From: a virus
Taxonomy: Duplodnaviria; Caudoviricetes
Length of the DNA: 64,000 nucleotides
Direction: 5' to 3' (one strand)
Virus record (IMG/VR): IMGVR_UViG_3300027621_000007
Location: 180 to 64,179 of that record
Position 1 is the stretch's first letter; the number at the start of each line of letters is the position of its first letter. Shown here one piece after another: positions 43,100-52,497 of this stretch. The notes below the pieces were generated by a model, which saw only the letters and a list, made by a program, of their open reading frames with translations, had not been told where the DNA came from and searched no databases. A program made the position numbers and the translations under genes.

Positions 43100-44003
43100 C
43101 GCGCATCTCCTTAACAGTGTTAGCACTATTGTACACTCTATGTGTTGCTCGTAGCAACTCGTTAATCTTTTTTGGGTCTACGTCTTTATAATTTTCATTA
43201 ACAAAATCTACATAGTCTTTAACTATATTTGGCATCCATATTTGCCCTTGGGAACCAACTGGAATATCACCATGAGTTATATTAATTCCTCTTTCTAGAT
43301 GGGGCGAACCTTGAGAAAAATAACCTATGTAGGCGTACCTATTCCCATCCGTACATGGATAGACTTCATGCGAACCCAGGTAGTTAGAGGGGAACATTAA
43401 CATGTCTCCAGTTTTTGGCTTATATCTTATGTTTGCATAAGGAAATTCTATTTCCCCGCCTAGGTATTCGTAGTTTTTAATATCATCTACTGTTTCAACT
43501 GAATCATTAAGATAGATAATCATGCCCATAACACTTCTAGTTGCCACTTGAAGATCTGGCTCAAAACCAGGTTGATAGTTCACATCATTATCGCTATGTA
43601 AACCCATTGCACTTTCTGGTCCATAGGCCAATATGTGACCTTGCGTTCTCCACCATAAGCTTGTTAGGATCATTGGAAAAACTGTTGTATAGCTTAATGC
43701 CCCTTGATAAAAAGATTTTTCACATCCTTCAAAGAAATCAATAATTTCCTTATCGGTATTTGCGTCTACAAAGTTCATAATATGACTTGAACTTTTATAT
43801 ATATCCTCTACAGTGTATCTATGTCCACTTCTATTTATGGCATAGGTGGGCTGATCGTCATCATCGTAAACTATTGTATAATCTTCTTTTATTGCTTTTT
43901 CCTTTAGAGATGCAATATACGGAAGAATAATATCTTGGTCTACCTTAACGGCATTTCTAAAAAGAACTATGCCACAACCAAGGTGCTCTGGCATTAACAT
44001 CAC
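43092..44003 (-). CDS. 2OG-Fe(II) oxygenase (prolyl 4-hydroxylase-like)
   Basis: HSD ... IYLND ... GGEIEF ... HEVYP..GNR. Confidence 0.9.
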   Translation of the reverse strand: MMLMPEHLGCGIVLFRNAVKVDQDIILPYIASLKEKAIKEDYTIVYDDDDQPTYAINRSGHRYTVEDIYKSSSHIMNFVDANTDKEIIDFFEGCEKSFYQGALSYTTVFPMILTSLWWRTQGHILAYGPESAMGLHSDNDVNYQPGFEPDLQVATRSVMGMIIYLNDSVETVDDIKNYEYLGGEIEFPYANIRYKPKTGDMLMFPSNYLGSHEVYPCTDGNRYAYIGYFSQGSPHLERGINITHGDIPVGSQGQIWMPNIVKDYVDFVNENYKDVDPKKINELLRATHRVYNSANTVKEMRDE

Positions 44004-44010
44004 ATTGACC

Positions 44011-45105
44011 TTATATGGCTACTGGATCAGTCCCGCATGGGCCTTCTGGAAGGCTGGCATTAGTGTCAGGTTGCTCTTGCTCTTTAACCTCTACGGCTTC
44101 ATGGGTAGTGTTATACTGGGCAACATTTCTACCCTGATAAACTGGATTCCAACCAAGTTCTACTTTATACTTTTCTGGATTAGAATAAATTGAATGTGGA
44201 GACTTGCAATATAATTCATAATCATCATAGATATTATTAAGCCATACTGCTGGACACCATTCAAAACTTTTATCTGGTTCACTAATAACTACATTGGCTG
44301 GGACGTCATCGCCACCTTGACCAAAAAATGATAGATAAGAATATCTTACACCCTTCCCCATTCTCTCAACATCATGAGATGCAACAAAGTTTGTTGGGAA
44401 AAATATAATGTCTCCTCTTTGTGGCTTATAGGAAACGCCTAGGTGAACAAAACGAAGATGTCCGCCAGTAAAGTTTCTTCCATCTAATTCTTCTTCAGAG
44501 TCAACGCAATTATTTAGGTATAGCAATGATCCACATGTCTGTCTTGACGCAACCATACCTCTTGGCATATATCGCACTCCGCCGGTTACCTTATAGTTAG
44601 TATCATTGTCAGCATGGCATCCTAAGATGCCACCATCTCCATATCTTAAAACATGACCTCTATTTTTCCACCAAATACTACCAATCATCAATGGATAATT
44701 GTCAATATATTTAATCAAGCACTTGTAGTTTTGTTCCTCAAGGTAGAGAAAGAAGTCTTTAACTTCCTCTGGAGTTTCATCAGTAACAGGATGCAAAAGT
44801 CTTACTGGAGCTGTTGGGACATCTTCAAGCCTATATCTGAAACCATCTTCATTGATACCATATTCCACGCCGTCTTCTCCGGTAATATAATTCCATCTAG
44901 TTTCATGCGCTTTTTGTGCTTTAGAATCTATATACTCTAATATTAATTTTTGATCTATGTTAAAAGCATTTCTAAAAACTATAACTCCTGGAGCTAATAT
45001 CTCCATTTCTATTTCAGATATCTCCTTAAGAGTATCGTGAGATATAGTTGGGGTAACTGGAAAAGGTGTACTATTTATATTTGGATCAGTTGATTGATTA
45101 TTCAT
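44011..45105 (-). CDS. 2OG-Fe(II) oxygenase (prolyl 4-hydroxylase-like)
   Basis: HAD ... LYLNN ... GGHLRF ... HDVERM..GVR. Confidence 0.9.
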   Translation of the reverse strand: MNNQSTDPNINSTPFPVTPTISHDTLKEISEIEMEILAPGVIVFRNAFNIDQKLILEYIDSKAQKAHETRWNYITGEDGVEYGINEDGFRYRLEDVPTAPVRLLHPVTDETPEEVKDFFLYLEEQNYKCLIKYIDNYPLMIGSIWWKNRGHVLRYGDGGILGCHADNDTNYKVTGGVRYMPRGMVASRQTCGSLLYLNNCVDSEEELDGRNFTGGHLRFVHLGVSYKPQRGDIIFFPTNFVASHDVERMGKGVRYSYLSFFGQGGDDVPANVVISEPDKSFEWCPAVWLNNIYDDYELYCKSPHSIYSNPEKYKVELGWNPVYQGRNVAQYNTTHEAVEVKEQEQPDTNASLPEGPCGTDPVAI

Positions 45106-45107
45106 AA

Positions 45108-45725
45108 TTACCCTAACATCTCATCGATAGCTTCTCTAATTGTCCATCCAGCACCCATAACTCTTGGCACCTCGTCTAGAGGCATATCTTGCCAGTTAAA
45201 TCTAGCAACCATGATACCGTCTCTACTGACTAAAAATTTTTCATAGCCATGAGAAATTCTAGCAATTGCCTGTCCAGCTAGATTCTGATTGTCTACAGCT
45301 TTATCACTTTGATCGGCGGTAAAGTCGGAGTAGTTTCTTTTTTCATTGCCCTTCAACGCTGAGAATACAGGATGTTCGTTTTTACCATTGACATCTGCTT
45401 TTTGAAAAAAGGGAAAAGTTACAAAAGGATAGTTTTCTTTAATAAAAGGAATTATTTCTTCATTTGTTCCTGGTTCCATTTGGGCAAATTGATTATTGGG
45501 AAATGCCAATACGGAAAATCCTCTATCCTTAAATTGATCATGCACTTGTTGCAGTTGCCACAGCTGACGTGAAGTCCTAGCATAGGACCACACCTTAGAG
45601 CACTTAGGCTCATAACCACCAGCTTTTGTGGAGACGTTTACTATCAAGGTAAGTTTACCTTTAAACGTGGATAGATAGTTTTCTTGACCATCTATCGATG
45701 TAGCTTCTATATCATAAATTGACAT
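45108..45725 (-). CDS. Glutathione peroxidase-like protein, atypical active site
   Basis: SIYDIEATSIDG..LSTFKGKLTLIVNV, GFSVLAFPNNQF..MEPG, FPFFQKADVNG..HPVF, EKFLVSRDG. Confidence 0.85.
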   Translation of the reverse strand: MSIYDIEATSIDGQENYLSTFKGKLTLIVNVSTKAGGYEPKCSKVWSYARTSRQLWQLQQVHDQFKDRGFSVLAFPNNQFAQMEPGTNEEIIPFIKENYPFVTFPFFQKADVNGKNEHPVFSALKGNEKRNYSDFTADQSDKAVDNQNLAGQAIARISHGYEKFLVSRDGIMVARFNWQDMPLDEVPRVMGAGWTIREAIDEMLG

Positions 45726-46032
45726 TTTTTTCACCTTTGATGTCGAGTTTTGTATACTGATCTATTTCTAAGGTGCCTTCAAATTTGTCATCAACTACTT
45801 CTACATTTACGGTAAGAGTAGCTTTTATTGGGGTATCTACGGTTGCGGAAAATGTAATTGTATCGCCTGATACAACGCCATTGTCAAAATCTAAAGAACC
45901 TCTTTCTCCAACAATTGTCCCACAAACAAATGGTTCAATTGATTTAATAGTAGCACTAGAGTTGCTGGTGCCAAATGGAGTAAGTACAGAAACTTTCCAA
46001 TTTCCAATTATGTTTGAAAGAATTTTATCCAT
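45712..46032 (-). CDS. Hypothetical small all-beta protein
   Basis: 106 aa; IIGNWKVSVLTPFG start; alternating beta pattern. Confidence 0.65.
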   Translation of the reverse strand: MDKILSNIIGNWKVSVLTPFGTSNSSATIKSIEPFVCGTIVGERGSLDFDNGVVSGDTITFSATVDTPIKATLTVNVEVVDDKFEGTLEIDQYTKLDIKGEKNVNL

Positions 46033-46038
46033 GCTCTA

Positions 46039-46047
46039 AGTATACCA
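46039..46047 (-). promoter_or_regulatory. Extended -10 element (TGGTATACT), 6 nt before ATG 46032; probable leaderless transcript
   Basis: TGnTATAcT consensus with a 6-nt spacer and no SD. Confidence 0.5.
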
Positions 46048-46075
46048 CAAAAAATTTAAATAGGACGTATTTTTA

Positions 46076-46711
46076 TTACTCATAATGATATTCCCCAGTA
46101 GACAATGCTTGCGGAGGATGATCTGCATGCCAAATATTTATTCCAAAAATAGTTTTAAAACCATCAATTATGGGTGTTGTACTATGAAGTTGGTGACCAC
46201 CATCAAAAATAATCAATCGATTTGACTTACAAGCTATTCTTTCTCTTTCCTCAGGAGGGCTTGTATGTCCATTAATAGTTACCCATTCTAGTGCGTCAGG
46301 AGTATTATCTTCCATCTTAAATTTGTGTATTTCTAAAAATCCACCAGTAAAATCTTGATTAAGATGAGGATAGTAAACGCAGCCAAGTACTGTTCCTATG
46401 AATATTTTTTTATCCCTATACAAAAAACCATCTTCGTCAAAGTGAAGACCTATGAATTCGTCTTTATCATATCTTCTATTCCAATATTCAAAACCAGATA
46501 TCTGATCTTTTGGTATTGGTAGATGATTTTCCCATATACTTTGAATAAGTTTTTTCCTAGTTGTGTCAGCTGGACTCTTCCACCAGCCATCCCAAAACAT
46601 AAAATTACCAGTGTAAGCGCCTGCGCCTATTGATTCTGGGTAAAAACTTTGATCTGATTCTATTTCTTTTAATAGCTCAGAATCTTGTATAAAGTTATCA
46701 ACTACTATCAT
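46076..46711 (-). CDS. 2OG-Fe(II) oxygenase
   Basis: LHFDED ... CVYYP ... GGFLEI ... NRLIIFD..LHSTTPI; Lys at the usual Arg position. Confidence 0.8.
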   Translation of the reverse strand: MIVVDNFIQDSELLKEIESDQSFYPESIGAGAYTGNFMFWDGWWKSPADTTRKKLIQSIWENHLPIPKDQISGFEYWNRRYDKDEFIGLHFDEDGFLYRDKKIFIGTVLGCVYYPHLNQDFTGGFLEIHKFKMEDNTPDALEWVTINGHTSPPEERERIACKSNRLIIFDGGHQLHSTTPIIDGFKTIFGINIWHADHPPQALSTGEYHYE

Positions 46712-46723
46712 TGTAGTATTATA

Positions 46724-47443
46724 CTACAGTTTTACAGCAATTGTTATTCCTACGTTGGTTATATCGTGAGATACACATACGTTTTCTAAACCCTTTAAAT
46801 GCTGACTTATTTCAAAATAAGGAGAATACTCTGCGTCAGTTTCGTATAGATTTCCGTTATCGTTAGCCCAAGTTATTACCATAACGCCGTTATTGGCTAA
46901 CATATTGAAGTAAGAAAGAACTAATGATGGGTCATGCAATATGTCATATGAAGGTAATACTATGAAATCAAAAGGACCGGCAGCTGATGCTTCAGCATCT
47001 TGCCTAGATATGACTTGATAATTCCAGTCTTCAATTTCTGCTTCCGTTGAAATGTAATTCTCAAGAAGATTTAATTGATAATTATTTATTAGCGTAAGTT
47101 CTGATTTGCTTGCTACAGTTTTTGCAAAACCAACACTCCATACTGGAGTAGACATTAAAGTCTTAGCCGGTTTCTTAACAAGGAAAGTGGTTTCTAGTGT
47201 GCGGTCTCCATACCTGTAGCCTTCTGTGCTTTTTTGTGACGAATCATCCCTAGAGATGATATCAAAATACCATATAAAGATATCTCCACCTACTGCTATT
47301 TTTCTTTTATCTATAGGAAGAGTGTCTAAGTAGCTTTTAATCTTAGAATGAGTATCAAGCTCAAGCTGATTTACTTCAGCATTTGATCTATAAGGTTTTA
47401 GTAGGTCATTAACTCTAGCAAAAAAAGATTTTTCCATACTCAT
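46724..47443 (-). CDS. Degenerate class I SAM-methyltransferase-like protein
   Basis: C-terminal GPFDFIVL...YFNMLANNGVMVI resembles the MTase fold; no clear GxGxG motif. Confidence 0.4.
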   Translation of the reverse strand: MSMEKSFFARVNDLLKPYRSNAEVNQLELDTHSKIKSYLDTLPIDKRKIAVGGDIFIWYFDIISRDDSSQKSTEGYRYGDRTLETTFLVKKPAKTLMSTPVWSVGFAKTVASKSELTLINNYQLNLLENYISTEAEIEDWNYQVISRQDAEASAAGPFDFIVLPSYDILHDPSLVLSYFNMLANNGVMVITWANDNGNLYETDAEYSPYFEISQHLKGLENVCVSHDITNVGITIAVKL

Positions 47444-47444
47444 A

Positions 47445-47747
47445 CTATGCGGCTCCTAATGCTATTTGGCGCATCCACCAAAATCTTCTAATGGTAGATA
47501 CAATTGTAATTCTTTGACTTCTTAAAATCGCAATTGCTGGCTCATCTGCGTATATTCCTTCTGGCCCCGAGTTTGGAGTTTCAATAGGGCTAATTTCTTG
47601 GCTAATCAAATTAAATGTTCTTGCCTTAGAAATGATTTCATCAATAGATAGAATATCCATATCTTCTGCTGTAAGGCCAATTATATTTAATTGGAGAGCT
47701 AAGACTGATTCTATGTATTCAAGATCTTGTTCTGCGTTGTAGCTCAT
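47445..47747 (-). CDS. Small helical hypothetical protein
   Basis: Tightly packed ORF; loosely similar to 47948..48187 and 48199..48453. Confidence 0.6.
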   Translation of the reverse strand: MSYNAEQDLEYIESVLALQLNIIGLTAEDMDILSIDEIISKARTFNLISQEISPIETPNSGPEGIYADEPAIAILRSQRITIVSTIRRFWWMRQIALGAA

Positions 47748-47749
47748 GG

Positions 47750-47944
47750 TTACTCTTCTTCGTCATTGTCGTTAATTAAAAATCCTGTAAAAGATCTTTC
47801 TTTGCTTATCTTATCTGCAGTGTTAATATTACAATTGAATTCAACTCCATCTGAGAATACAAACTTGCCAGATGCCTTAGAAAACGTTGGGACTAGGTCA
47901 TCATTAGTATCGGACTCAGAACTGCCAGTAATATTCTCCGCCAT
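47750..47944 (-). CDS. Small acidic hypothetical protein
   Basis: 64-aa ORF with 2-3 nt gaps to both neighbours. Confidence 0.55.
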   Translation of the reverse strand: MAENITGSSESDTNDDLVPTFSKASGKFVFSDGVEFNCNINTADKISKERSFTGFLINDNDEEE

Positions 47945-47947
47945 AAG

Positions 47948-48187
47948 TTACTGCCCCAATAGTTTTAGGGAAGCTATTTGATTAAATAATGAATTAAAAC
48001 TAGCAGTTGTTGAAGTTGAAAGCGTTCCACTAATTGTTGAAAGTGAAATAAGTTCACCAACGTTTGAAGCCTCAAGAGCGCTTTCTGGATTTACCGATAA
48101 TAAATATGATAATGTATATATCGATTTTTCCAGGTATACTGCGGCTTTGTTTTTCATTTCTTGTTTTTGTGAATTAGTCACAGTCAT
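47948..48187 (-). CDS. Small helical hypothetical protein
   Basis: 79-aa ORF; SD GGGAG. Confidence 0.6.
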   Translation of the reverse strand: MTVTNSQKQEMKNKAAVYLEKSIYTLSYLLSVNPESALEASNVGELISLSTISGTLSTSTTASFNSLFNQIASLKLLGQ

Positions 48188-48198
48188 TTCTTACTCCC

Positions 48199-48453
48199 TT
48201 AGGATAGGTCTGCTATTTTTTGTTCAACATGGGCTAAGCGCGATACTGCAAGTGAAACGCTTTTCTTAATGAAATATTCTTCATCAGATTCTGGTTCAAC
48301 CGCACTTGCATCAAAGCTCCAGGTAGACATGTCAAAAGTATCAGGATTATGTCCTAATTTTGCAAGATTCTTCCAAGTCTCTGCTTGAAACTCTGCCTTA
48401 GCAGCATTTAAAGCTCTTAATTTTTCTTCTAGTGTAACTAACGAAAATGACAT
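48199..48453 (-). CDS. Small helical hypothetical protein
   Basis: 84-aa ORF; SD GAGG; TTACTATA upstream. Confidence 0.65.
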   Translation of the reverse strand: MSFSLVTLEEKLRALNAAKAEFQAETWKNLAKLGHNPDTFDMSTWSFDASAVEPESDEEYFIKKSVSLAVSRLAHVEQKIADLS

Positions 48454-48487
48454 TGTGCCTCACTTCTTTGGTAAAATTGTATGTGGA

Positions 48488-48495
48488 TATAGTAA
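48488..48495 (-). promoter_or_regulatory. Putative late-promoter motif TTACTATA
   Basis: Recurrent octamer, 35 nt upstream of ATG 48453. Confidence 0.5.
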
Positions 48496-49200
48496 CTAGT
48501 TATTTGGATTGTTTAACTTTAAAAGACCAGAATTTGCTGGACCAATTTTTTCGCCTTTTTCATCTACACCAGTTCTAATGCCCTTCATCCAGGTCCACGG
48601 TTCATCTTGATTCTTCTTCATTTTTGCATCTCCGTAGGCTGCGCGTGCATTCATCAGTTCTGGCTTGTCCCAAAGATTCTCTACTTTAAATTCAACTGAT
48701 TCAAGAAGATCACTTTTAAAAATGTTAAAAAACATGAACGGGGTACCTGCTTGAAACGTAACTGGTTCACCAATTTTATTAATTGCCCAATTCATTTGAA
48801 ATTCATCTGGCCACCAACTACTTGGTATGATTGCACTAAGAGCAGATGCTCCGTCAATCATATAGTTCGGAGAACCGCCAATCCAAGTTTCGTAACCCTC
48901 TTCAGTTCCAAATGCCCATCCAACAGAAAATGAAACCATACCTATAATTCCACCATAGGCAAATGTTCTACCCATATATTCTTCACCGCTAAGAATCTTT
49001 ACGTTATTGTTTCCACCCTCCCATTCAACCACTACATCTTGTGGGAGTATTAGTTCCCATCCATGCACATTAGCCGTAGTCATGGGAAGACATTGATACG
49101 CGTGCTTCTTATAGGTGTTATCCATCCAATCTCTTTTAACCCTAGATTGAACTATCTGTGGTGGATTTTGATGAGTCTTAGTTAAGGTAACTTGTGTCAT
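48496..49200 (-). CDS. DUF6065-like protein
   Basis: RDWMDNT..HAYQCLPMTTANVHGWELILP and F.MNW....V.F.AG.PF..F match my recollection of this family. Confidence 0.7.
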   Translation of the reverse strand: MTQVTLTKTHQNPPQIVQSRVKRDWMDNTYKKHAYQCLPMTTANVHGWELILPQDVVVEWEGGNNNVKILSGEEYMGRTFAYGGIIGMVSFSVGWAFGTEEGYETWIGGSPNYMIDGASALSAIIPSSWWPDEFQMNWAINKIGEPVTFQAGTPFMFFNIFKSDLLESVEFKVENLWDKPELMNARAAYGDAKMKKNQDEPWTWMKGIRTGVDEKGEKIGPANSGLLKLNNPNN

Positions 49201-49203
49201 AAA

Positions 49204-49803
49204 TTAGATTGTATCATCCAACAATACTTCTATTGCAGCTTTAATGTTTATGAGAGCCTGTTTTGCATCAGTTTTTCTTTCCCCGGCATTGAAGGCTAAA
49301 TCTAGCAGGTCAGAATTGCAAAAACGGAACATCTTTTTTCCATCTCTACCTATGATTATTTTTTCAAAATTACCTTGAATTGGGTCTTTACCATCTTGTA
49401 TTAGCTTATAAAAAGCGTGCTGCTCTATTTCAGCTTTTGGTTCTGGGGCGATACCTACCAACTCACTAAATGGAAGATCTGTCTTGTATAGCTCTTTCAT
49501 GTGATCTTGCATATGTTGTGGACTTGCATTCGACTCTTTAAATGCCCCGTAGGCATCCTCGCAAAAATCTGTACTTGGAACAGCTAGTACTTCGAAACCT
49601 AAGTCTTTATATTCCTTATAAAGATCTTCAATAATTGGATATTGAGCAGAATTTGCGCACTCTCCAGTTACGTTGACGATCATTGTCACCTTACCCTTAT
49701 TCTTGGCAAGAACGTTTGGCTCTCCATCTAATGATGATAGTGGAATATCATACACTGATGATTCAAAGCGCTCTAAACTTGGTAATTCATTTTTTTCAAA
49801 CAT
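49204..49803 (-). CDS. Glutathione peroxidase-like protein (Cys type)
   Basis: SVYDIPLSSLDG..KGKVTMIVNVTGEC..QY..LYKEYKDLGFEVLAVP..DF; GNFEK. Confidence 0.85.
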   Translation of the reverse strand: MFEKNELPSLERFESSVYDIPLSSLDGEPNVLAKNKGKVTMIVNVTGECANSAQYPIIEDLYKEYKDLGFEVLAVPSTDFCEDAYGAFKESNASPQHMQDHMKELYKTDLPFSELVGIAPEPKAEIEQHAFYKLIQDGKDPIQGNFEKIIIGRDGKKMFRFCNSDLLDLAFNAGERKTDAKQALINIKAAIEVLLDDTI

Positions 49804-49812
49804 AATTTCTCC

Positions 49813-50562
49813 TTATGCTGGTTGGGGATATGCAAGAGGATGATTAGATCCTTTTGTTATGCCTTTTGTTGGATCTACTTTAGAGCCATCTCCTGCATAA
49901 CCTGTCCCATACTTATGATTATTATCATTATAATCAAACATAGTAACTGCAGAATACTTAGTGCCACTAGTAACCTTTAAGGATGAATGTGCATAGATAA
50001 AAGTGGATGGGAATAGTAAGATGTCTCCAGCTTGGGGTTTAAATTTAATATCAAGATATGGAAACCATAGTTCTCCACCCTCGTAGCCGTCATTTAAATA
50101 GATCACAGAAGACACTGTGCACGTATAGGAGAAGCCGTGGTCTGCGTGGACAGCAAAGTGCTGACCTGGGTTATATCTAATAAAGTTAATGGCCTCCATA
50201 TAATCCATCTTAAAATTATACAAAGATTCGTAGTGGGCAAGACACTTCTTAAGGTTAGTGTCTACATCATCATAGCACTTCTTAACCTCTTCAAATTCTG
50301 GAGTAAGGAACTGCCAGTGTGCTGGGCTCATTTTCAAGTCCACACAATCTCTGTACTCTGGCATTCTTTCGTTATAGCCAACCATTGCTTCTGACCATTT
50401 AAAGAATTCATGAGAGCTGTTACCTATGGCTGATTCTAGTCTTTCTGGAATATTAAGTTCTCTTGGTACCGCATTCCTATATAGGAATATGCCAAATTTT
50501 CTATTATCTTCTACATTGTCGCAAGAACCTACGTGAAAAAATTCCATTTTACTTTCTCCCAA
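49813..50562 (-). CDS. 2OG-Fe(II) oxygenase (prolyl 4-hydroxylase-like)
   Basis: FIRYNPGQHFAVHAD, VIYLNDGYEGGELWF, AHSSLKV..GTKY. Confidence 0.9.
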   Translation of the reverse strand: MGESKMEFFHVGSCDNVEDNRKFGIFLYRNAVPRELNIPERLESAIGNSSHEFFKWSEAMVGYNERMPEYRDCVDLKMSPAHWQFLTPEFEEVKKCYDDVDTNLKKCLAHYESLYNFKMDYMEAINFIRYNPGQHFAVHADHGFSYTCTVSSVIYLNDGYEGGELWFPYLDIKFKPQAGDILLFPSTFIYAHSSLKVTSGTKYSAVTMFDYNDNNHKYGTGYAGDGSKVDPTKGITKGSNHPLAYPQPA

Positions 50563-50620
50563 TTAGCTATTTTGTTTAGTGCTATACTATATCACATGAA
50601 TATCTACCAGGGAGTGTTTT

Positions 50621-51256
50621 ATGAACTTTGATTCTGATGCTAAATCGTTAATTAAGCCTGGGCACTATGGCGATTCTTCCGACAATATTATTGTAATAGA
50701 AAATTTTGTTGAACTACAAGATTTAAAAATCATTCAGGATTTCCTACCCACCATCAATGAGTGGATGGATGCTGGAGAGAACACGTATTCTGAAGATGGT
50801 ACCTGCACCTACGATGCGTCCTACTGGGCTAATAGGCAATGTAGTTTTGATATTCTTTCTAGGATTAATTTAGATGTTTACAACTTAGTCGATAAGTATA
50901 TTCTAAAAATGAAGTATGCTTTAGAGGATAAATTTAAGGTTAAAGTAATAGTTAGACCACCAGTAATCATTAGGTGGTTTCCAGGCCTAGAGCAGCAGCC
51001 ACATGCCGATAAGCAGCTGAATGATGGATCTCCAAACCCTTTCCCTACCTATGATCTAAATTCATTAATTTATTATAATGATGATTTTGAGGGTGGGGAA
51101 TTGTATTACCCCCAACATGATATTGTGATTAAGCCAAAGCCTGGTTTAGCGGTTGCCCACCCTGGAGATATCAATTATCTTCATGGCGTTAAAAAGGTTA
51201 TAAGTGGAGAAAGATTTACGACTCCATCTTTTTATACTATTACAGAATTGAAATAA
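50621..51256 (+). CDS. 2OG-Fe(II) oxygenase (prolyl hydroxylase-like)
   Basis: PHADK, LIYYNDDFEGGELYYP, LHGVKKVISGER; SD GGGAG. Confidence 0.9.
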   Translation: MNFDSDAKSLIKPGHYGDSSDNIIVIENFVELQDLKIIQDFLPTINEWMDAGENTYSEDGTCTYDASYWANRQCSFDILSRINLDVYNLVDKYILKMKYALEDKFKVKVIVRPPVIIRWFPGLEQQPHADKQLNDGSPNPFPTYDLNSLIYYNDDFEGGELYYPQHDIVIKPKPGLAVAHPGDINYLHGVKKVISGERFTTPSFYTITELK

Positions 51257-51257
51257 A

Positions 51258-51797
51258 ATGGATAAAATTCATGTTACTAAAAATATTATAGACAAAAAAG
51301 ATTTAGAACAGATTATAACATATTTAAAAAATACTCCAGTTACATTTGATAGCACTGGATATTCTCCGTTTGGAGAATATACTGCAAGTGACGATCATAC
51401 CTTACCTGAAATTCTTAGTAAATATTATGATAAGTTAAAAGAAATTATTGAAACTTCTTTTAATTGCAAAGTTTATGATGAGGGATTAAATAGTGTGGTT
51501 GAGATGATTGTTGGAGATTCAATGCCAGTTCACGTAGATCACGGATCTGCTCAAAATAAAAGTGTTGGACTTAAAACTGGAGCTGGATATCCATCTAGAG
51601 ATATTAGTTCAGTTTTTTATTATAATGATGATTATAAAGGTGGAGAAATATATTTTCCTAAACAAGATTTGCTTATTAAGCCAGAACCTGGAATGTTTAT
51701 CTGTTTCCCATCTAAAGATGAATTCCCACACCAAGTTAAAGAAGTAAAAAGCGGATATCGTTGGTGCTCAAGTATGTTTTGGTGTATATCTAGTTAA
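51258..51797 (+). CDS. 2OG-Fe(II) oxygenase (prolyl hydroxylase-like)
   Basis: VHVD, FYYNDDYKGGEIYFP, HQVKEVKSGYR. Confidence 0.9.
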   Translation: MDKIHVTKNIIDKKDLEQIITYLKNTPVTFDSTGYSPFGEYTASDDHTLPEILSKYYDKLKEIIETSFNCKVYDEGLNSVVEMIVGDSMPVHVDHGSAQNKSVGLKTGAGYPSRDISSVFYYNDDYKGGEIYFPKQDLLIKPEPGMFICFPSKDEFPHQVKEVKSGYRWCSSMFWCISS

Positions 51798-52497
51798 ATA
51801 AAAAACCTTCACCCTCAACCCAATCATTGTCGTTGTTGTATATTTTTGGAATTCCCTGACGCGAGGGTTTGATTTTTGGATGGAACTTGCTGCTATAGTC
51901 CCACCAAGTTCCTGCTGAATATCTTAAACCTGATTTAACCGCATTAACTTTATGAGCGTGCATAAATGATGATGGAAACAATACTATATCTCCAGCTTCT
52001 GGCTTAAATTCAAAATCCAATAATGGAAATCCCAATTCTCCACCTTCATAATCATCGTTTAAATATGCAAGTGCCGATACCACTGAAGAATAACTAGATC
52101 CAGCATCTACGTGAGTCACGAAATGATGACCTTCACCATATTTCATAAAATTTAATCCTTGTTGAAATGGAAGTTTTAAATTATACAAATCTTTATAATG
52201 AGTGATCGCACTCAGAAAACCTCGATCAATCTCTTCATAACAGTTTTTTATTTCTTCAAATTCTGGAGTTAAAAACTGCCAATAATCTGGGTGCATTTTA
52301 AGGTCAAAGCATCTTCTGTAAGTGGAAAGATCCTTACCCAGTAGATTAGTAGAATCTGCCCATTTAAATAACTCATCAGAACTATTAGCTAACACCGATT
52401 CTAATCTATTAGCTATATCCGTTCCGTTTAAAATTGCATTTTTGTATATATGAATTCCATGCGTGGGATTTTCTACTTTAATATTTTTTATTTCCAT
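51790..52497 (-). CDS. 2OG-Fe(II) oxygenase (prolyl 4-hydroxylase-like), paralogue of 49813..50562
   Basis: THVD, AYLNDDYEGGELGF, AHKVNAVKSGLR. Confidence 0.9.
   Translation of the reverse strand: MEIKNIKVENPTHGIHIYKNAILNGTDIANRLESVLANSSDELFKWADSTNLLGKDLSTYRRCFDLKMHPDYWQFLTPEFEEIKNCYEEIDRGFLSAITHYKDLYNLKLPFQQGLNFMKYGEGHHFVTHVDAGSSYSSVVSALAYLNDDYEGGELGFPLLDFEFKPEAGDIVLFPSSFMHAHKVNAVKSGLRYSAGTWWDYSSKFHPKIKPSRQGIPKIYNNDNDWVEGEGFLFN

Noticed and set aside
45108-49803. Selenocysteine in the GPx homologues
   Set aside because: No in-frame TGA; the catalytic positions are GCT (Ala) and TGC (Cys).
360-50394. Numerous short plus-strand ORFs in the track
   Set aside because: They are antisense shadows of long minus-strand genes with no recognisable motifs.
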